Sequence record: SRR31156797_5393
Direction: 5' to 3' (one strand)
DNA: 41,894 nt
Shown: piece by piece, positions 1 through 9,993 of the stretch
Position numbering within the stretch: the first letter of the stretch is position 1
How the letters are laid out: the number at the start of each line of letters is the position of its first letter
Translations under genes and position numbers: made by a program
The notes under the pieces: generated by a model
What the model was told of the DNA's origin: nothing
What the model saw: only the letters and a program-made list of their open reading frames with translations
Database searches by the model: none

Positions 1-674
1 AAAGGTGTCTATCAAGTCGGTGGCTATTCATCTTGCTCAAATTGAGGGGAAATGATGGTAGTGACCTTAGATGAAAATTGTATTCTCCAAGTCTAGGCCC
101 CTCGCCTTTGGGTTAAAGTTGTTGCCGGTAATCAGCGTTTATTGACTCAAATATCTTTGAGAAGGAAGCTGTTTTCATTGTGTATCACTCACAGAGTTCA
201 TAGAACAAGTGTTATTCGGTACTAAAAAGTAAAAATGGCTTTATTAACCCCTGTGGTTTTTGGCGTAGTGAGTCCAATGGGCAGTACAAATGATAAATTT
301 GCTTATGGTTAACACCAAATACTCTCTATTTGGAAGGTGATGATAACAAAATCGGCGTTGTTCCGATATTAACTATTTTACAAAAGCCTGAGGCCTATCA
401 TCCTCGCTGTTAGTATGGTATCGATATCGCATTTAAGCTTGTTGAATGCTGATTAGAAAACTGGTTCAGCATTCTGAAAAAAAATGATTCAAACCATGTC
501 ATTAAAGAACTATTTCACCTACATCATTCAAACTACAACGGGCAAAGGGGCTGGAGACAGAGTGTAGAAAGTCCCAAAAATTAAACCTTACCCGCAAATT
601 AACATCGCTCCTTTCACTATATTTTATATAAATCTATTACGCTGAATGAAATAGAGAACTCAGGAGTGATGTTA

Positions 675-1979
675 ATGCACCTCACCCATCATGGCGGTAA
701 AAATACGGTGACTGGTTCGTGCCACGAGTTAGCGTTTGGTGACCGTTCCATTCTGATTGATTGCGGGTTGTTTCAGGGGCCAGAGGCTCAGGAGCTTTCT
801 GTTACTTTTCCTTTAGAAAACATTAAAGCGTTGGTGTTAACTCATGCCCATATTGATCACATTGGGCGCATTCCTTGGCTGTTGGCTGAAGGGTTTGACC
901 AACCGATTTACTGCACAAAAGCAACAGCAGAGCTTGTTCCTTTAATGTTGGATGATGGGCTTAAAATTCAGCAAGGTTTGTCGTATGAAGCGCGTAAACA
1001 GATTTTAGATGCTATCTGCCGTCTGATTCAGCCAGTGGATTATTACCGTTGGGTGGATGTTGATACTTTCCGTTGTCGCTTTCATCCCGCTGGGCATATT
1101 CTTGGCTCTGCGTATGTGGAAGTAGAATTGCCTAATCAAGAGCTGGTGGTGTTTTCTGGTGATTTAGGGCCGAGCAATACGCCTCTTCTTCCTGATCCTG
1201 CCGCTCCTCAAAAAGCCGATTACTTAGTCGTAGAAACCACTTATGGTGATGTTCATCATGATGGTGTTGAACTGCGAGCTCAGAAGTTAAAAGAAATTAT
1301 CGACCGCTCTTTAACGGACGGAGGAACCATACTTATTCCGGCATTTAGTGTTGGCAGAACTCAGGAACTGTTGTTCGATATTGAACAGTTGGTTTTTGAG
1401 CACGGTATTGATGCCAGTCTACCGATTATTTTAGATTCACCAATGGCGCTCAAGGTGACTGAATCCTATCGTAGGTTTAGAAGTTTATGGGGAGAAGAAG
1501 CGAAACATCGACTTAAAATGCACCGTCACCCATTAGCATTCGATCAGTGTATTGTTGTTAAGGATTATAAGTCTCATCAGGCTTTGGTTAATCGTCTTGC
1601 TTCAACTGGGGAGCCAGCAATTGTCGTGGCCGCTTCCGGTATGTGTGAAGGCGGGCGAATTATGGATTACTTAAAAGCGTTATTGCCTGATGAGAGAACC
1701 GATGTGATTTTTGCTGGATATCAAGCGGAAGGAACTTTAGGTAAGTCTATTCAACAAGGCAATGAAACGGTGTGGATTGATGAAGATGAAGTTACCGTCA
1801 ATGCTCAAATTCATACCATGTCGGGCTATTCTGCTCATGCTGATAGAGATGATTTAGTGGCTTTCATTGAAGGAATAAAGACCAAGCCCAAAGAAGTACA
1901 CCTTGTTCATGGTGAGCCTGAGGCAAAACAGGCATTTGCTGAGGAGTTACGTTCTAAAGGTTATAACGTTGTAGATTAA
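675..1979 (+). CDS. rjg: MBL-fold beta-CASP metallo-hydrolase (rjg-like, the O-antigen right-junction gene in Vibrio)
   Basis: Motifs DCG, THAHIDH, AGHILGS, VETTYG and YSAHAD...VHGE. AGGAG RBS at 662-666 favours ATG 675 over GTG 666. Position before UDG/yjaG/hupA/purD matches V. cholerae synteny from memory; the symbol rests on that synteny. Confidence 0.85.
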   Translation: MHLTHHGGKNTVTGSCHELAFGDRSILIDCGLFQGPEAQELSVTFPLENIKALVLTHAHIDHIGRIPWLLAEGFDQPIYCTKATAELVPLMLDDGLKIQQGLSYEARKQILDAICRLIQPVDYYRWVDVDTFRCRFHPAGHILGSAYVEVELPNQELVVFSGDLGPSNTPLLPDPAAPQKADYLVVETTYGDVHHDGVELRAQKLKEIIDRSLTDGGTILIPAFSVGRTQELLFDIEQLVFEHGIDASLPIILDSPMALKVTESYRRFRSLWGEEAKHRLKMHRHPLAFDQCIVVKDYKSHQALVNRLASTGEPAIVVAASGMCEGGRIMDYLKALLPDERTDVIFAGYQAEGTLGKSIQQGNETVWIDEDEVTVNAQIHTMSGYSAHADRDDLVAFIEGIKTKPKEVHLVHGEPEAKQAFAEELRSKGYNVVD

Positions 1980-1988
1980 CCTACCGCG

Positions 1989-2558
1989 CTATAAACAGGT
2001 GTGAACATGCCTTTTAATATACGCTACAACTTCAGCTTCAAACCATGGGTTCTTCTTCAACCACAATGTATTTCTTGGCGATGGATGAGGGAGTGGCAGG
2101 TAAGTAGGGGCCCACTTCTGCCATTGCTTAACGGTTTCAGTAAGAGTTTTCGGTTTATCTTGCAGATAATAGTTTTGTGCGTATTGGCCGATAAGCAGTG
2201 TCATCTCTATATTGGGTAGTTCTGCTAGCACCTTGTCATGCCATAGCGGTGCGCACTCTTTTCTCGGCAGTAAGTCACCACTTTTCCCTTTTCCCGGATA
2301 ACAGAGTCCCATCGGCATAATTGCGATGCTTTTTGGATTGTAGAAGGTGTATTTATCCACATCCAACCATCTTCTTAATCGATCTCCGCTCGGGTCATTC
2401 CATGGGATAGAAGTTTCATGGACACGAACACCCGGAGCCTGACCGATAATGAGTAACTTAGCGTCTTGATGTGCCTGAATTACAGGGTTTGATCCAAGCG
2501 GTAGTGAGTGGTTACAAACATCGCAGGCTCTGATTTGATTTAATAATGCGCCTAGCAT
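1989..2558 (-). CDS. Uracil-DNA glycosylase superfamily protein (family 4-like)
   Basis: CxxC near the N-terminus, IIGQAPG motif, two more Cys, LPHPSPRN motif. Start overlaps the upstream stop (TGATG). Confidence 0.88.
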   Translation of the reverse strand: MLGALLNQIRACDVCNHSLPLGSNPVIQAHQDAKLLIIGQAPGVRVHETSIPWNDPSGDRLRRWLDVDKYTFYNPKSIAIMPMGLCYPGKGKSGDLLPRKECAPLWHDKVLAELPNIEMTLLIGQYAQNYYLQDKPKTLTETVKQWQKWAPTYLPLPHPSPRNTLWLKKNPWFEAEVVAYIKRHVHTCL

Positions 2559-3484
2559 CAGTAACCTTTATCAAAATCAATCCGGTGCTCTAACTGGAAT
2601 CCATCACGCCATAGACGGAAGTTTTGGGCAAATATTTCGATGACTTGTTCAGGAAAACTTAATGCTGCGATATGAGGCGTCACGGTAATTTCTGGACAGT
2701 TCCAAAATGGGTGTGAGGCTTTCAAAGGCTCCTCGATAAATACATCTAAAAACGCATGCTGTATAAAACCCTGTTCAATCGCTGGGATTAAATCATCTTG
2801 ATTCAATGTCGCGCCTCTGCCGACATTAAACAGCAAAACATCTTGGCAGTTACTCATTGTCTCTTTGTTTAATAGCCCTTTGGTTTGAGAAGTATTAGGT
2901 AATGTGTTGACGATGATGTCAGATTGCTTCATTGCACTCGATAACTCATTAATGTGGTAAGTATCATCAAAGCTCCCTGTTTTTGGTGGAATCCCAGTAC
3001 TATTAATTCCAATCGTTTTAATACCGAAGCTTGAAGCGACGGTAGAGAGATGAGAGCTGATAGAACCCGTTCCAAGTATCAACATGGTTTTATAATTGAG
3101 GGATTGATATTGATGAGGCTGCCACGTGCTTTGGTTTTGCTGTTGTTGGTATAGGCTAAAATGTCGATAGTGGCTAATGGCATAGCCCATGACATATTCA
3201 GCGATTTGTTGGCCGAATATTCCTTTTACATTGGTTAGCTCATAATCCTGACGCAAGTTTGCGGATGTTAAAGCGTCAACACCAGCGTAAGCGGACTGTA
3301 ACCATTCTAGTTGTGGAAAGTCATCAAGGCATTTTGCAGCTAAGGGCGGAGCCGCTAGAAGGATGGTGGCTTCTTCTCTCTTGGTGGTGATCTCCAGCCC
3401 CTCTATCGCCAAAGATTCAATCCCGAGTCGATAAACATCGTCCTGTTCAGTCAAAATATAAAGCTGATGGTTGAAATTGTTCAT
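2558..3484 (-). CDS. D-isomer-specific 2-hydroxyacid dehydrogenase
   Basis: AGVD, GTGSIS Rossmann-like motif, FNVGRG, LDVF..EPL and TPHIAA motifs. Confidence 0.9.
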   Translation of the reverse strand: MNNFNHQLYILTEQDDVYRLGIESLAIEGLEITTKREEATILLAAPPLAAKCLDDFPQLEWLQSAYAGVDALTSANLRQDYELTNVKGIFGQQIAEYVMGYAISHYRHFSLYQQQQNQSTWQPHQYQSLNYKTMLILGTGSISSHLSTVASSFGIKTIGINSTGIPPKTGSFDDTYHINELSSAMKQSDIIVNTLPNTSQTKGLLNKETMSNCQDVLLFNVGRGATLNQDDLIPAIEQGFIQHAFLDVFIEEPLKASHPFWNCPEITVTPHIAALSFPEQVIEIFAQNFRLWRDGFQLEHRIDFDKGY

Positions 3485-3584
3485 AAGTGTGGCTTTTTCC
3501 CTTGCGGTTTGTACTCAAGTATCTTGATGTTGCTTAAGCTTATCCAGTACACTTCCGCTGTCTATTCCTCAACGGTGAGTGATT

Positions 3585-4172
3585 ATGCTCCAAAATCCTA
3601 TTCAGGTTCGTCTCGAGAAGTTTGAACCTTGGCAACAAATTACTTTCATGGTTTGTCTGTGCGAGCGCATGTACCCTAACTATGCCATGTTTTGTGACAA
3701 TACTGAATTTGCACAAGCTCGAGTATACCGAGATATTCTGGATAGCGTGTGGGAACAACTGACCGTTAAAACCGCTAAAGTCAATTTTGAGCATCAACTA
3801 GAGAAGCTGGAAGAGATCATTCCAGATTCCGAACAGTATGATGTGTATGCGGTTTACCCAGCCATTGATGCGTGCGTGGCTCTATCGACGCTATTGCATG
3901 GATTGTTAGACCGTGATTACCTGTTTGAAAACATGCTTGAGATTAGCCAGATTTCAGTAATGACAGTTGCGCAGTTAGAAGAAGCACAAACGGGTGAAGC
4001 GATCACCAATGAAAATCAAAAGCAGAATGAAGCCGTTTGTGAAGAGTGGGATGTACAGTGGGCGATTTACCGACCACTGCGTGAAGCTGAAAAACGCGAT
4101 ATTGATTTGATCAAAGATTTACGCCAAGAGTTGCGTGAAGATGCGGTTAGCAATATTGGTGTGACGTTATAA
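3585..4172 (+). CDS. yjaG: YjaG (DUF416) family protein
   Basis: MLQNPIQVRLEK...CLCERMYPNY matches YjaG; lies near hupA as in gammaproteobacteria. ATG at 3585 chosen. Confidence 0.88.
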   Translation: MLQNPIQVRLEKFEPWQQITFMVCLCERMYPNYAMFCDNTEFAQARVYRDILDSVWEQLTVKTAKVNFEHQLEKLEEIIPDSEQYDVYAVYPAIDACVALSTLLHGLLDRDYLFENMLEISQISVMTVAQLEEAQTGEAITNENQKQNEAVCEEWDVQWAIYRPLREAEKRDIDLIKDLRQELREDAVSNIGVTL

Positions 4173-4176
4173 ATTG

Positions 4177-4203
4177 AAGGCCCTTGGTTATCCAAGGGCT
4201 TTT
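4177..4203. terminator. Bidirectional intrinsic terminator between convergent genes
   Basis: GCCCTTGG-ttat-CCAAGGGC stem followed by TTTT. Confidence 0.75.
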
Positions 4204-4204
4204 G

Positions 4205-5266
4205 CTATTGTTCGTCTTCGTCCCGGCTTTCTATCACGCCATGAGCCTGTTTCCAACGCTCCCAACGCTCCGTTGCCAGCTTCTGCATGTTGGTTGTACG
4301 GTCAGCTTCATCAATAATCTCTTCTCCAATTAAATGCTCGAAGATATCTTCAAGAGTGAGTAACCCTTGAACCGTTCCGTACTCATCAACCACTAAGGCC
4401 AGTTGCTGGTGGTTTTCGATCATCTGCTCAAATGCCTTAGGCAACGTCATCGTGTTGAGCATCACACGCAATGGACGCATGACTGCTCCAAGTTGTTTCG
4501 AACCTAATCCACTTTGTTGGAGCTTGAATAGTTCAAGGCGGTGCACAAAACCGAGGATATTGTCTTTATCTTGGCTATGAACCAAAGGTCGTGAGAACGG
4601 CGTTTCTTTATATCGATACAAGAACTCATCAATCGTCATCTCGGCGTCAACTCGAAACAAGACCCGTCTTGGTGTCATAGCATGAGTAATCGATACATTT
4701 CGAATGTTCAGTAGGTTGTAGAGGATCTTTGATTCCCCAGCTTCGAACTCTCCACTTTCATTAGCCAGCATCGCCATAGCGGATAATTCATCGCGTAACT
4801 TAGGCGTTGTGTGGTTGCGAGTGAGCAAGCGGGTAATTTTCTGTGAAGCCCAAACAAAGGGCGCAAGTAACCAAACTAACCAACGTAGAACTTCAGCCGT
4901 TGCTGGGGCGAGCTGTCTCCAGTAAGTGGCCCCTATGGTTTTAGGCACGATTTCAGACAGGAAAAGAATGCCTAATGTGAGCACTGCCGAAAACAGTCCC
5001 AACCATTGGCTACCAAAAACAACCGCTGCGTGCGCACCCGCACCTGCGGCTCCTAGGGTATGGGCAATGGTATTTAGGGTCAGAATTGAGGCTAGGGGGC
5101 GATCAATGTCTGCTTTTAACTGTTCCAGTTTTTCAGCACTCGAGTGGTTCTGTTGTCTGAGCTGCGCTAAATAGCTGGGGGTAATACTTAAAATCACCGC
5201 CTCAAGTACCGAGCAAATAAACGATACGCCGATAGCAATACAGACGTAAGCCGTAAGCAGGAACAT
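4205..5266 (-). CDS. CNNM (DUF21) + CBS domain membrane protein (hemolysin/CorB-like)
   Basis: SFICSVLEA, ILTLNTIAHT and LSEIVPKTIG transmembrane motifs; CBS pair with VVDEYG..GLLTLEDIFE. Confidence 0.9.
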   Translation of the reverse strand: MFLLTAYVCIAIGVSFICSVLEAVILSITPSYLAQLRQQNHSSAEKLEQLKADIDRPLASILTLNTIAHTLGAAGAGAHAAVVFGSQWLGLFSAVLTLGILFLSEIVPKTIGATYWRQLAPATAEVLRWLVWLLAPFVWASQKITRLLTRNHTTPKLRDELSAMAMLANESGEFEAGESKILYNLLNIRNVSITHAMTPRRVLFRVDAEMTIDEFLYRYKETPFSRPLVHSQDKDNILGFVHRLELFKLQQSGLGSKQLGAVMRPLRVMLNTMTLPKAFEQMIENHQQLALVVDEYGTVQGLLTLEDIFEHLIGEEIIDEADRTTNMQKLATERWERWKQAHGVIESRDEDEQ

Positions 5267-5583
5267 TGGGTCTCCTATGTGTTTTTATTCGCTAAAATGA
5301 TGAGTTTTCGACTCAAAAATCAGAGAGATAATTATGCTGATTGGCTGATAGTTCAACCAGAATAGGTGCTTTGTATCTCGCTTCTAAACTATTAAATGAG
5401 GTGTTTTTGTGCCCAAAACAAGTGTTGTATGATGTGCAATTGGTGTCAAACTGTGAGTTGAAGCTCAGATTATGGTTAAAACTACGTCATAAAGACGAAT
5501 CTTACGCGACAAACCTTTGCCACACGGGGCGTTTATGCTTTAGAGTGATGTGAATTCGATAACCTATGTAGAAGGGAAAACTA

Positions 5584-5856
5584 ATGAACAAGACCCAATT
5601 AATCGACTTTATCGCAGAAAAAGCAGACCTATCTAAAGCTCAAGCAAAATCTGCTCTTGAAGCGACTCTAGGCGCAGTTGAAGGTGCACTAAAAGATGGT
5701 GACCAAGTTCAACTAATTGGTTTTGGTACATTCAAAGTAAATCATCGTGCAGCTCGCACTGGCCGTAACCCAAAAACGGGTGCTGAGATTCAAATCGCTG
5801 CAGCAAACGTTCCTGCATTTGTTGCAGGTAAAGCACTGAAAGATTCAGTGAAGTAA
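5584..5856 (+). CDS. hupA: DNA-binding protein HU-alpha
   Basis: MNKTQLID...[21 protein letters not shown]. Confidence 0.97.
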   Translation: MNKTQLIDFIAEKADLSKAQAKSALEATLGAVEGALKDGDQVQLIGFGTFKVNHRAARTGRNPKTGAEIQIAAANVPAFVAGKALKDSVK

Positions 5857-5864
5857 TCTATACT

Positions 5865-5894
5865 ACGCCGAGATAGTCCTTTATCTCGGCGTTT
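5865..5894 (+). terminator. Hairpin/terminator after hupA
   Basis: ACGCCGAGATA / TATCTCGGCGT 11-bp stem with a short T run. Confidence 0.7.
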
Positions 5895-5899
5895 CTAAT

Positions 5900-6592
5900 A
5901 TGAATAAAACTCTTCTCTCAGTTCTTACCCTATCATTCATTGCTGGGTGTTCTTCTTCAGCAACCAATCCTACTCTTGAACAAATGAACCAGCTTTCGGG
6001 CGGCCAACGTACCGGTGATGCAACCAGTTTTTATTGGTATACAGAAGGTGTTTCTCTACCTGTAACCGCTTCGGATTATGTCGTTTCAGAAACGTATGGC
6101 TGGTATAAAACCACTTATCGCTGGAGTGAAGGTGCAGTTCGTGAAGTCGTAAGAGCAGGCGAACAACTTAAAAATGATGAATTGACTCCTTACACCGTAC
6201 ACATGCGATTTAATAAGGATGGTGAAGCGGTTTATCAGCAGTATCGAGTTAATAGTAAGATTTTGCCGTTAAATGAAGGGCAGCTAGAGCGTTATGTTTT
6301 AGAAGCTCAGGCGATCAGGACCATGACTAAAGAGCAAGATAAGAAAGGCTCTGAATTGTTGCAAGGTTACTGGGATGGTGAGACGTTTGAAAGCTGTAAC
6401 GGTAAGGATTATACCCAAGTAGAGTTTAACCACACTTTGCCAAACTTTGTTATGAGTCGTTTATCGAGCCTCGATAACTACGTCGGCTTCTTAGGTAAGA
6501 TTCGCAATAATACTGTGTATATTGATGAGCTGTTGATCTTGGCTGATGATGATCACGATTGTATCCAACGTCCTCAGTTGATAACAGAGTAA
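5900..6592 (+). CDS. DUF1481 (YjaH-like) lipoprotein
   Basis: Lipobox FIAGC; position between hupA and purD as for yjaH. Confidence 0.75.
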   Translation: MNKTLLSVLTLSFIAGCSSSATNPTLEQMNQLSGGQRTGDATSFYWYTEGVSLPVTASDYVVSETYGWYKTTYRWSEGAVREVVRAGEQLKNDELTPYTVHMRFNKDGEAVYQQYRVNSKILPLNEGQLERYVLEAQAIRTMTKEQDKKGSELLQGYWDGETFESCNGKDYTQVEFNHTLPNFVMSRLSSLDNYVGFLGKIRNNTVYIDELLILADDDHDCIQRPQLITE

Positions 6593-6604
6593 CTTTCGCT
6601 AGCC

Positions 6605-6640
6605 AATAAAAAAGACGCTGAATTTCTCCAGCGCCTTATT
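6605..6640 (-). terminator. Terminator after purD (probably bidirectional)
   Basis: Minus strand reads AAGGCGCTG-gagaaatt-CAGCGTCTTTTTT. Confidence 0.7.
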
Positions 6641-6658
6641 ATCTTTACTGTTTAGCCA

Positions 6659-7951
6659 TTACTTTTCAGCTTGCTCACGTGCGATTGCGCGGTAACCAAT
6701 GTCGTTACGGTAGAAAACACCGTTCCAGTCGATCTGTTTGGTTAACTCGTAAGCACGTTGTTGTGCTTCAGATACAGTGTTGCCTAATGCTGTTGCACAA
6801 AGAACACGACCACCGTTAGTCACAACATTACCGTCTTTTTCAGATGTACCCGCGTGGAAAACTTTTTGACCTTCAACTTCCGTTGTTGGTAAGCCTGAAA
6901 TAACATCACCTTTGTTGTAATCGCCTGGGTAGCCACCTGCAGCAAGTACGATACCGATAGAAGCACGCGGGTCCCACTTAGATTCCATTTGGTCCAGCTT
7001 ACCGTCGATAGCAGCGAGACAAAGCTCCACTAAATCAGATTGCATACGCATCATAATTGGCTGAGTTTCAGGGTCGCCAAAACGGCAGTTGTATTCGATA
7101 ACCTTAGGTGTGCCGTCTTTATCGATCATTAGGCCTGCGTACAAGAAACCTGTGTATGGGTGACCTTCAGAAGCCATGCCGCGTACCGTAGGGTAGATAA
7201 CTTCATTCATGATGCGATCATGAATTTCTTGAGTGACCACTGGCGCCGGAGAGTATGCACCCATACCACCCGTGTTAGGGCCAGTATCTTTGTCGCCAAC
7301 ACGTTTGTGGTCTTGGCTGGTGGCCATTGGTAGAACATTCTCGCCATCCACCATAACGATGAAGCTCGCTTCTTCGCCATCAAGGAACTCTTCGATAACC
7401 ACTCGGCTGCCTGCGTCACCAAATGCGTTGCCTGCCAGCATATCTTTAATTGCGTCTTCCGCTTCTTCAAGCGTCATCGCAACGATAACACCTTTACCCG
7501 CAGCGAGGCCGTCAGCTTTAACAACAATAGGTGCACCCTGTTCACGAACATAAGCTAGAGCTGGCTCAATTTCAGTGAAGTTAGCGTAAGCGCCAGTTGG
7601 GATTTTATGACGAGCAAGAAAATCTTTAGTGAATGCTTTAGAGCCTTCAAGCTGAGCTGCTGCTTCAGTTGGGCCGAAGATTGGTAAACCTGCAGCACGG
7701 AATGCATCAACAACACCGATAACGAGTGGGGCTTCAGGGCCAACGATAGTTAGGTCAATGGCATTTCCTTGTGCAAATGCAACTAAGCCAGCAATATCTT
7801 CAACCTGAATGTTTACGTTTTGAAGTTTAGGTTCAAGCGCAGTACCTGCATTGCCCGGTGCTACGAAGATGTTTTTAACGTTTGGGTTTTGAGCGACTTT
7901 CCAGCCAAGTGCGTGTTCACGGCCGCCGGCACCGATAATCAGTACATTCAT
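6659..7951 (-). CDS. purD: Phosphoribosylamine--glycine ligase
   Basis: GAGGREHAL, KADGLAAGKGV, NTGGMGAY and RFGDPETQ motifs. Confidence 0.98.
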   Translation of the reverse strand: MNVLIIGAGGREHALGWKVAQNPNVKNIFVAPGNAGTALEPKLQNVNIQVEDIAGLVAFAQGNAIDLTIVGPEAPLVIGVVDAFRAAGLPIFGPTEAAAQLEGSKAFTKDFLARHKIPTGAYANFTEIEPALAYVREQGAPIVVKADGLAAGKGVIVAMTLEEAEDAIKDMLAGNAFGDAGSRVVIEEFLDGEEASFIVMVDGENVLPMATSQDHKRVGDKDTGPNTGGMGAYSPAPVVTQEIHDRIMNEVIYPTVRGMASEGHPYTGFLYAGLMIDKDGTPKVIEYNCRFGDPETQPIMMRMQSDLVELCLAAIDGKLDQMESKWDPRASIGIVLAAGGYPGDYNKGDVISGLPTTEVEGQKVFHAGTSEKDGNVVTNGGRVLCATALGNTVSEAQQRAYELTKQIDWNGVFYRNDIGYRAIAREQAEK

Positions 7952-7966
7952 TCTTTAAAATCCTTA

Positions 7967-8063
7967 TAGCTGCGCCAATGACATTATTTCTGCGTCAAAA
8001 GTGCTCATTTATACTTATAAACTGCGCGCTTTTTTCTTGAACTAAAGCCATTGGCTTGCTCTA
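7967..8063. repeat. ~97-bp imperfect palindromic intergenic element
   Basis: Nested arms GCCAATGAC/GCCATTGGC, AAAAGTGC/GCGCTTTT and TTTATA/TATAAA; bounded by TAG...CTA. Confidence 0.6.
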
Positions 8064-8109
8064 CGCATTTCAAATATTAATAAGTTTAAAATGCAAAATA
8101 TCAAAAATG

Positions 8110-8236
8110 TTTACTCAAAATAGTTGGTGTTGTAGCAAGGCAACAATTGAGCACTTCCCCAGGAGCATAGTTACCTATGTGACTGGGGAGGGCGAAAGCA
8201 GTTAACGCAGCTACAACGCCAAATATGAAGAGTAAA
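8110..8236. repeat. ERIC (IRU) repeat element, 127 bp
   Basis: Minus-strand core CCCCAGTCACATAG-gtaa-CTATGCTCCTGGGGA matches the ERIC central hairpin; terminal inverted repeats TTTACTC...GAGTAAA; canonical length. Confidence 0.88.
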
Positions 8237-8238
8237 AA

Positions 8239-9831
8239 TTAGTGGCGGAAATGACGCATACCCGTAAAGATCATCGCCATACCGTGTTCATCCGCTGCGG
8301 CGATAACTTCGTCATCACGCATTGAACCACCTGGTTGAATCACGCATTTAATGCCTGCTTCTGCAGCTGCATCGATACCATCGCGGAATGGGAAGAATGC
8401 GTCAGAAGCCATTACGCTGCCTGCAACTTCAAGACCTTCGTCTGCTGCTTTGATACCTGCAATTTTAGCAGAGTAAACGCGGCTCATTTGGCCCGCGCCA
8501 ACACCGATAGTCATATCGCCTTTTGCATAAACAATCGCGTTTGATTTCACGTACTTTGCTACTTTCCAGCAGAATAGGGCATCTTTTAGCTCTTCTTCTG
8601 TTGGCTGGCGCTTAGACACTACTTTAAGGTCATCTAAAGAAACCATGCCTTGGTCGCGGTCTTGAACCAGAAGACCACCGTTAACGCGTTTTACGTCAAA
8701 ACCCGTTGTCTTAGTTGACCATTCGCCACATTCAAGTAGACGAACGTTTTTCTTCGCTGCCACAACTTCAATCGCTTCAGCAGAAACTTTAGGTGCGATG
8801 ATGACTTCAACGAACTGACGTTCAACGATAGCGGAAGCTGTTGCTGCGTCTAGCTCTTGGTTGAATGCGATGATGCCGCCGAATGCTGATGTTGGGTCAG
8901 TTTGGTAAGCACGGTTGTAAGCTTCTAGGATATCTTTACCTAGAGCAACGCCACATGGGTTTGCGTGTTTAACGATAACACATGCAGGCTCTGCAAACTC
9001 TTTCACACACTCAAGTGCAGCGTCTGTGTCTGCGATGTTGTTGTATGAAAGTGCTTTACCTTGAATTTGAGTCGCTGTTGAAACAGAAGCTTCTTCAGGG
9101 TTTGCTTCTACGTAGAAAGCAGCCGCTTGGTGGCTGTTCTCACCGTAACGCATGTCTTGCTTCTTCTCGAACTGTTGGTTGAACGTGCGAGGGAATTTCG
9201 ACTCTTCGTCACCGTCTTTGTTCTCACCATAAGATGGAACCATAGTGCCAAAGTAATTCGCGATCATGCCGTCGTATGCTGCTGTGTGCTCGAATGCTGC
9301 AATAGCAAGGTCGAAACGGGTTGGAAGAGTCAAAGACTTCTCGTTTGCGTCCATTTCAGCGATAACACGGTCGTAGTCTGATGCATTAACAACAATCGTA
9401 ACGTCTTTATGGTTTTTCGCCGCAGAGCGAACCATTGTTGGACCACCGATATCGATGTTTTCAACAGCGTCTTCTAGCGTACAACCTTCTTTTGCTACGG
9501 TTTCAGCGAATGGGTAAAGGTTAACCACAACCATATCGATTGGGTTAATACCGTGAGTGGCCATGATTTCATCATCTTGACCACGACGACCAAGAACGCC
9601 GCCATGTACTTTCGGGTGGAGTGTTTTAACACGTCCGTCCATCATTTCCGGGAAACCGGTGTAGTCTGAAACTTCAGTTACAGCAATGCCTTTTTCTGCA
9701 AGCAGGCGAGCTGTACCGCCAGTAGATAGGATATCGACACCGCGCTGTGCTAGCGCTTGTGCGAACTCAACGATGCCAGTTTTATCTGAAACACTGATAA
9801 GTGCGCGGCGAATTGGACGAGCGTTACTCAT
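8239..9831 (-). CDS. purH: Bifunctional AICAR transformylase/IMP cyclohydrolase
   Basis: [26 protein letters not shown] and MRHFRH motifs. Start at ATG 9831 (MSNARP), not 9918. Confidence 0.98.
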   Translation of the reverse strand: MSNARPIRRALISVSDKTGIVEFAQALAQRGVDILSTGGTARLLAEKGIAVTEVSDYTGFPEMMDGRVKTLHPKVHGGVLGRRGQDDEIMATHGINPIDMVVVNLYPFAETVAKEGCTLEDAVENIDIGGPTMVRSAAKNHKDVTIVVNASDYDRVIAEMDANEKSLTLPTRFDLAIAAFEHTAAYDGMIANYFGTMVPSYGENKDGDEESKFPRTFNQQFEKKQDMRYGENSHQAAAFYVEANPEEASVSTATQIQGKALSYNNIADTDAALECVKEFAEPACVIVKHANPCGVALGKDILEAYNRAYQTDPTSAFGGIIAFNQELDAATASAIVERQFVEVIIAPKVSAEAIEVVAAKKNVRLLECGEWSTKTTGFDVKRVNGGLLVQDRDQGMVSLDDLKVVSKRQPTEEELKDALFCWKVAKYVKSNAIVYAKGDMTIGVGAGQMSRVYSAKIAGIKAADEGLEVAGSVMASDAFFPFRDGIDAAAEAGIKCVIQPGGSMRDDEVIAAADEHGMAMIFTGMRHFRH

Positions 9832-9993
9832 GCTTCCCTTTTCCTTTATTTCATGGAGTTGATATCCCCGGTGACCTGCTTCTGCTAGGTGGTTGGGGAT
9901 AAGAAAGATATTTGCCAAAATTGTTCATGGGTGAAGGTGATTCATCACAAACTTGGTCAATTTTGGTAAAGACCTTTGCTCCTGATTTCGGAT

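Noticed and set aside
5341-5553. 70-aa ORF upstream of hupA
   Set aside because: TTG start without a clear RBS, in a divergent promoter region; no motif.
9832-9918. 29-aa N-terminal extension of PurH in the ORF track
   Set aside because: Homology starts at MSNARP (9831), which has a purine-rich RBS; the extension overlaps the leader hairpins.
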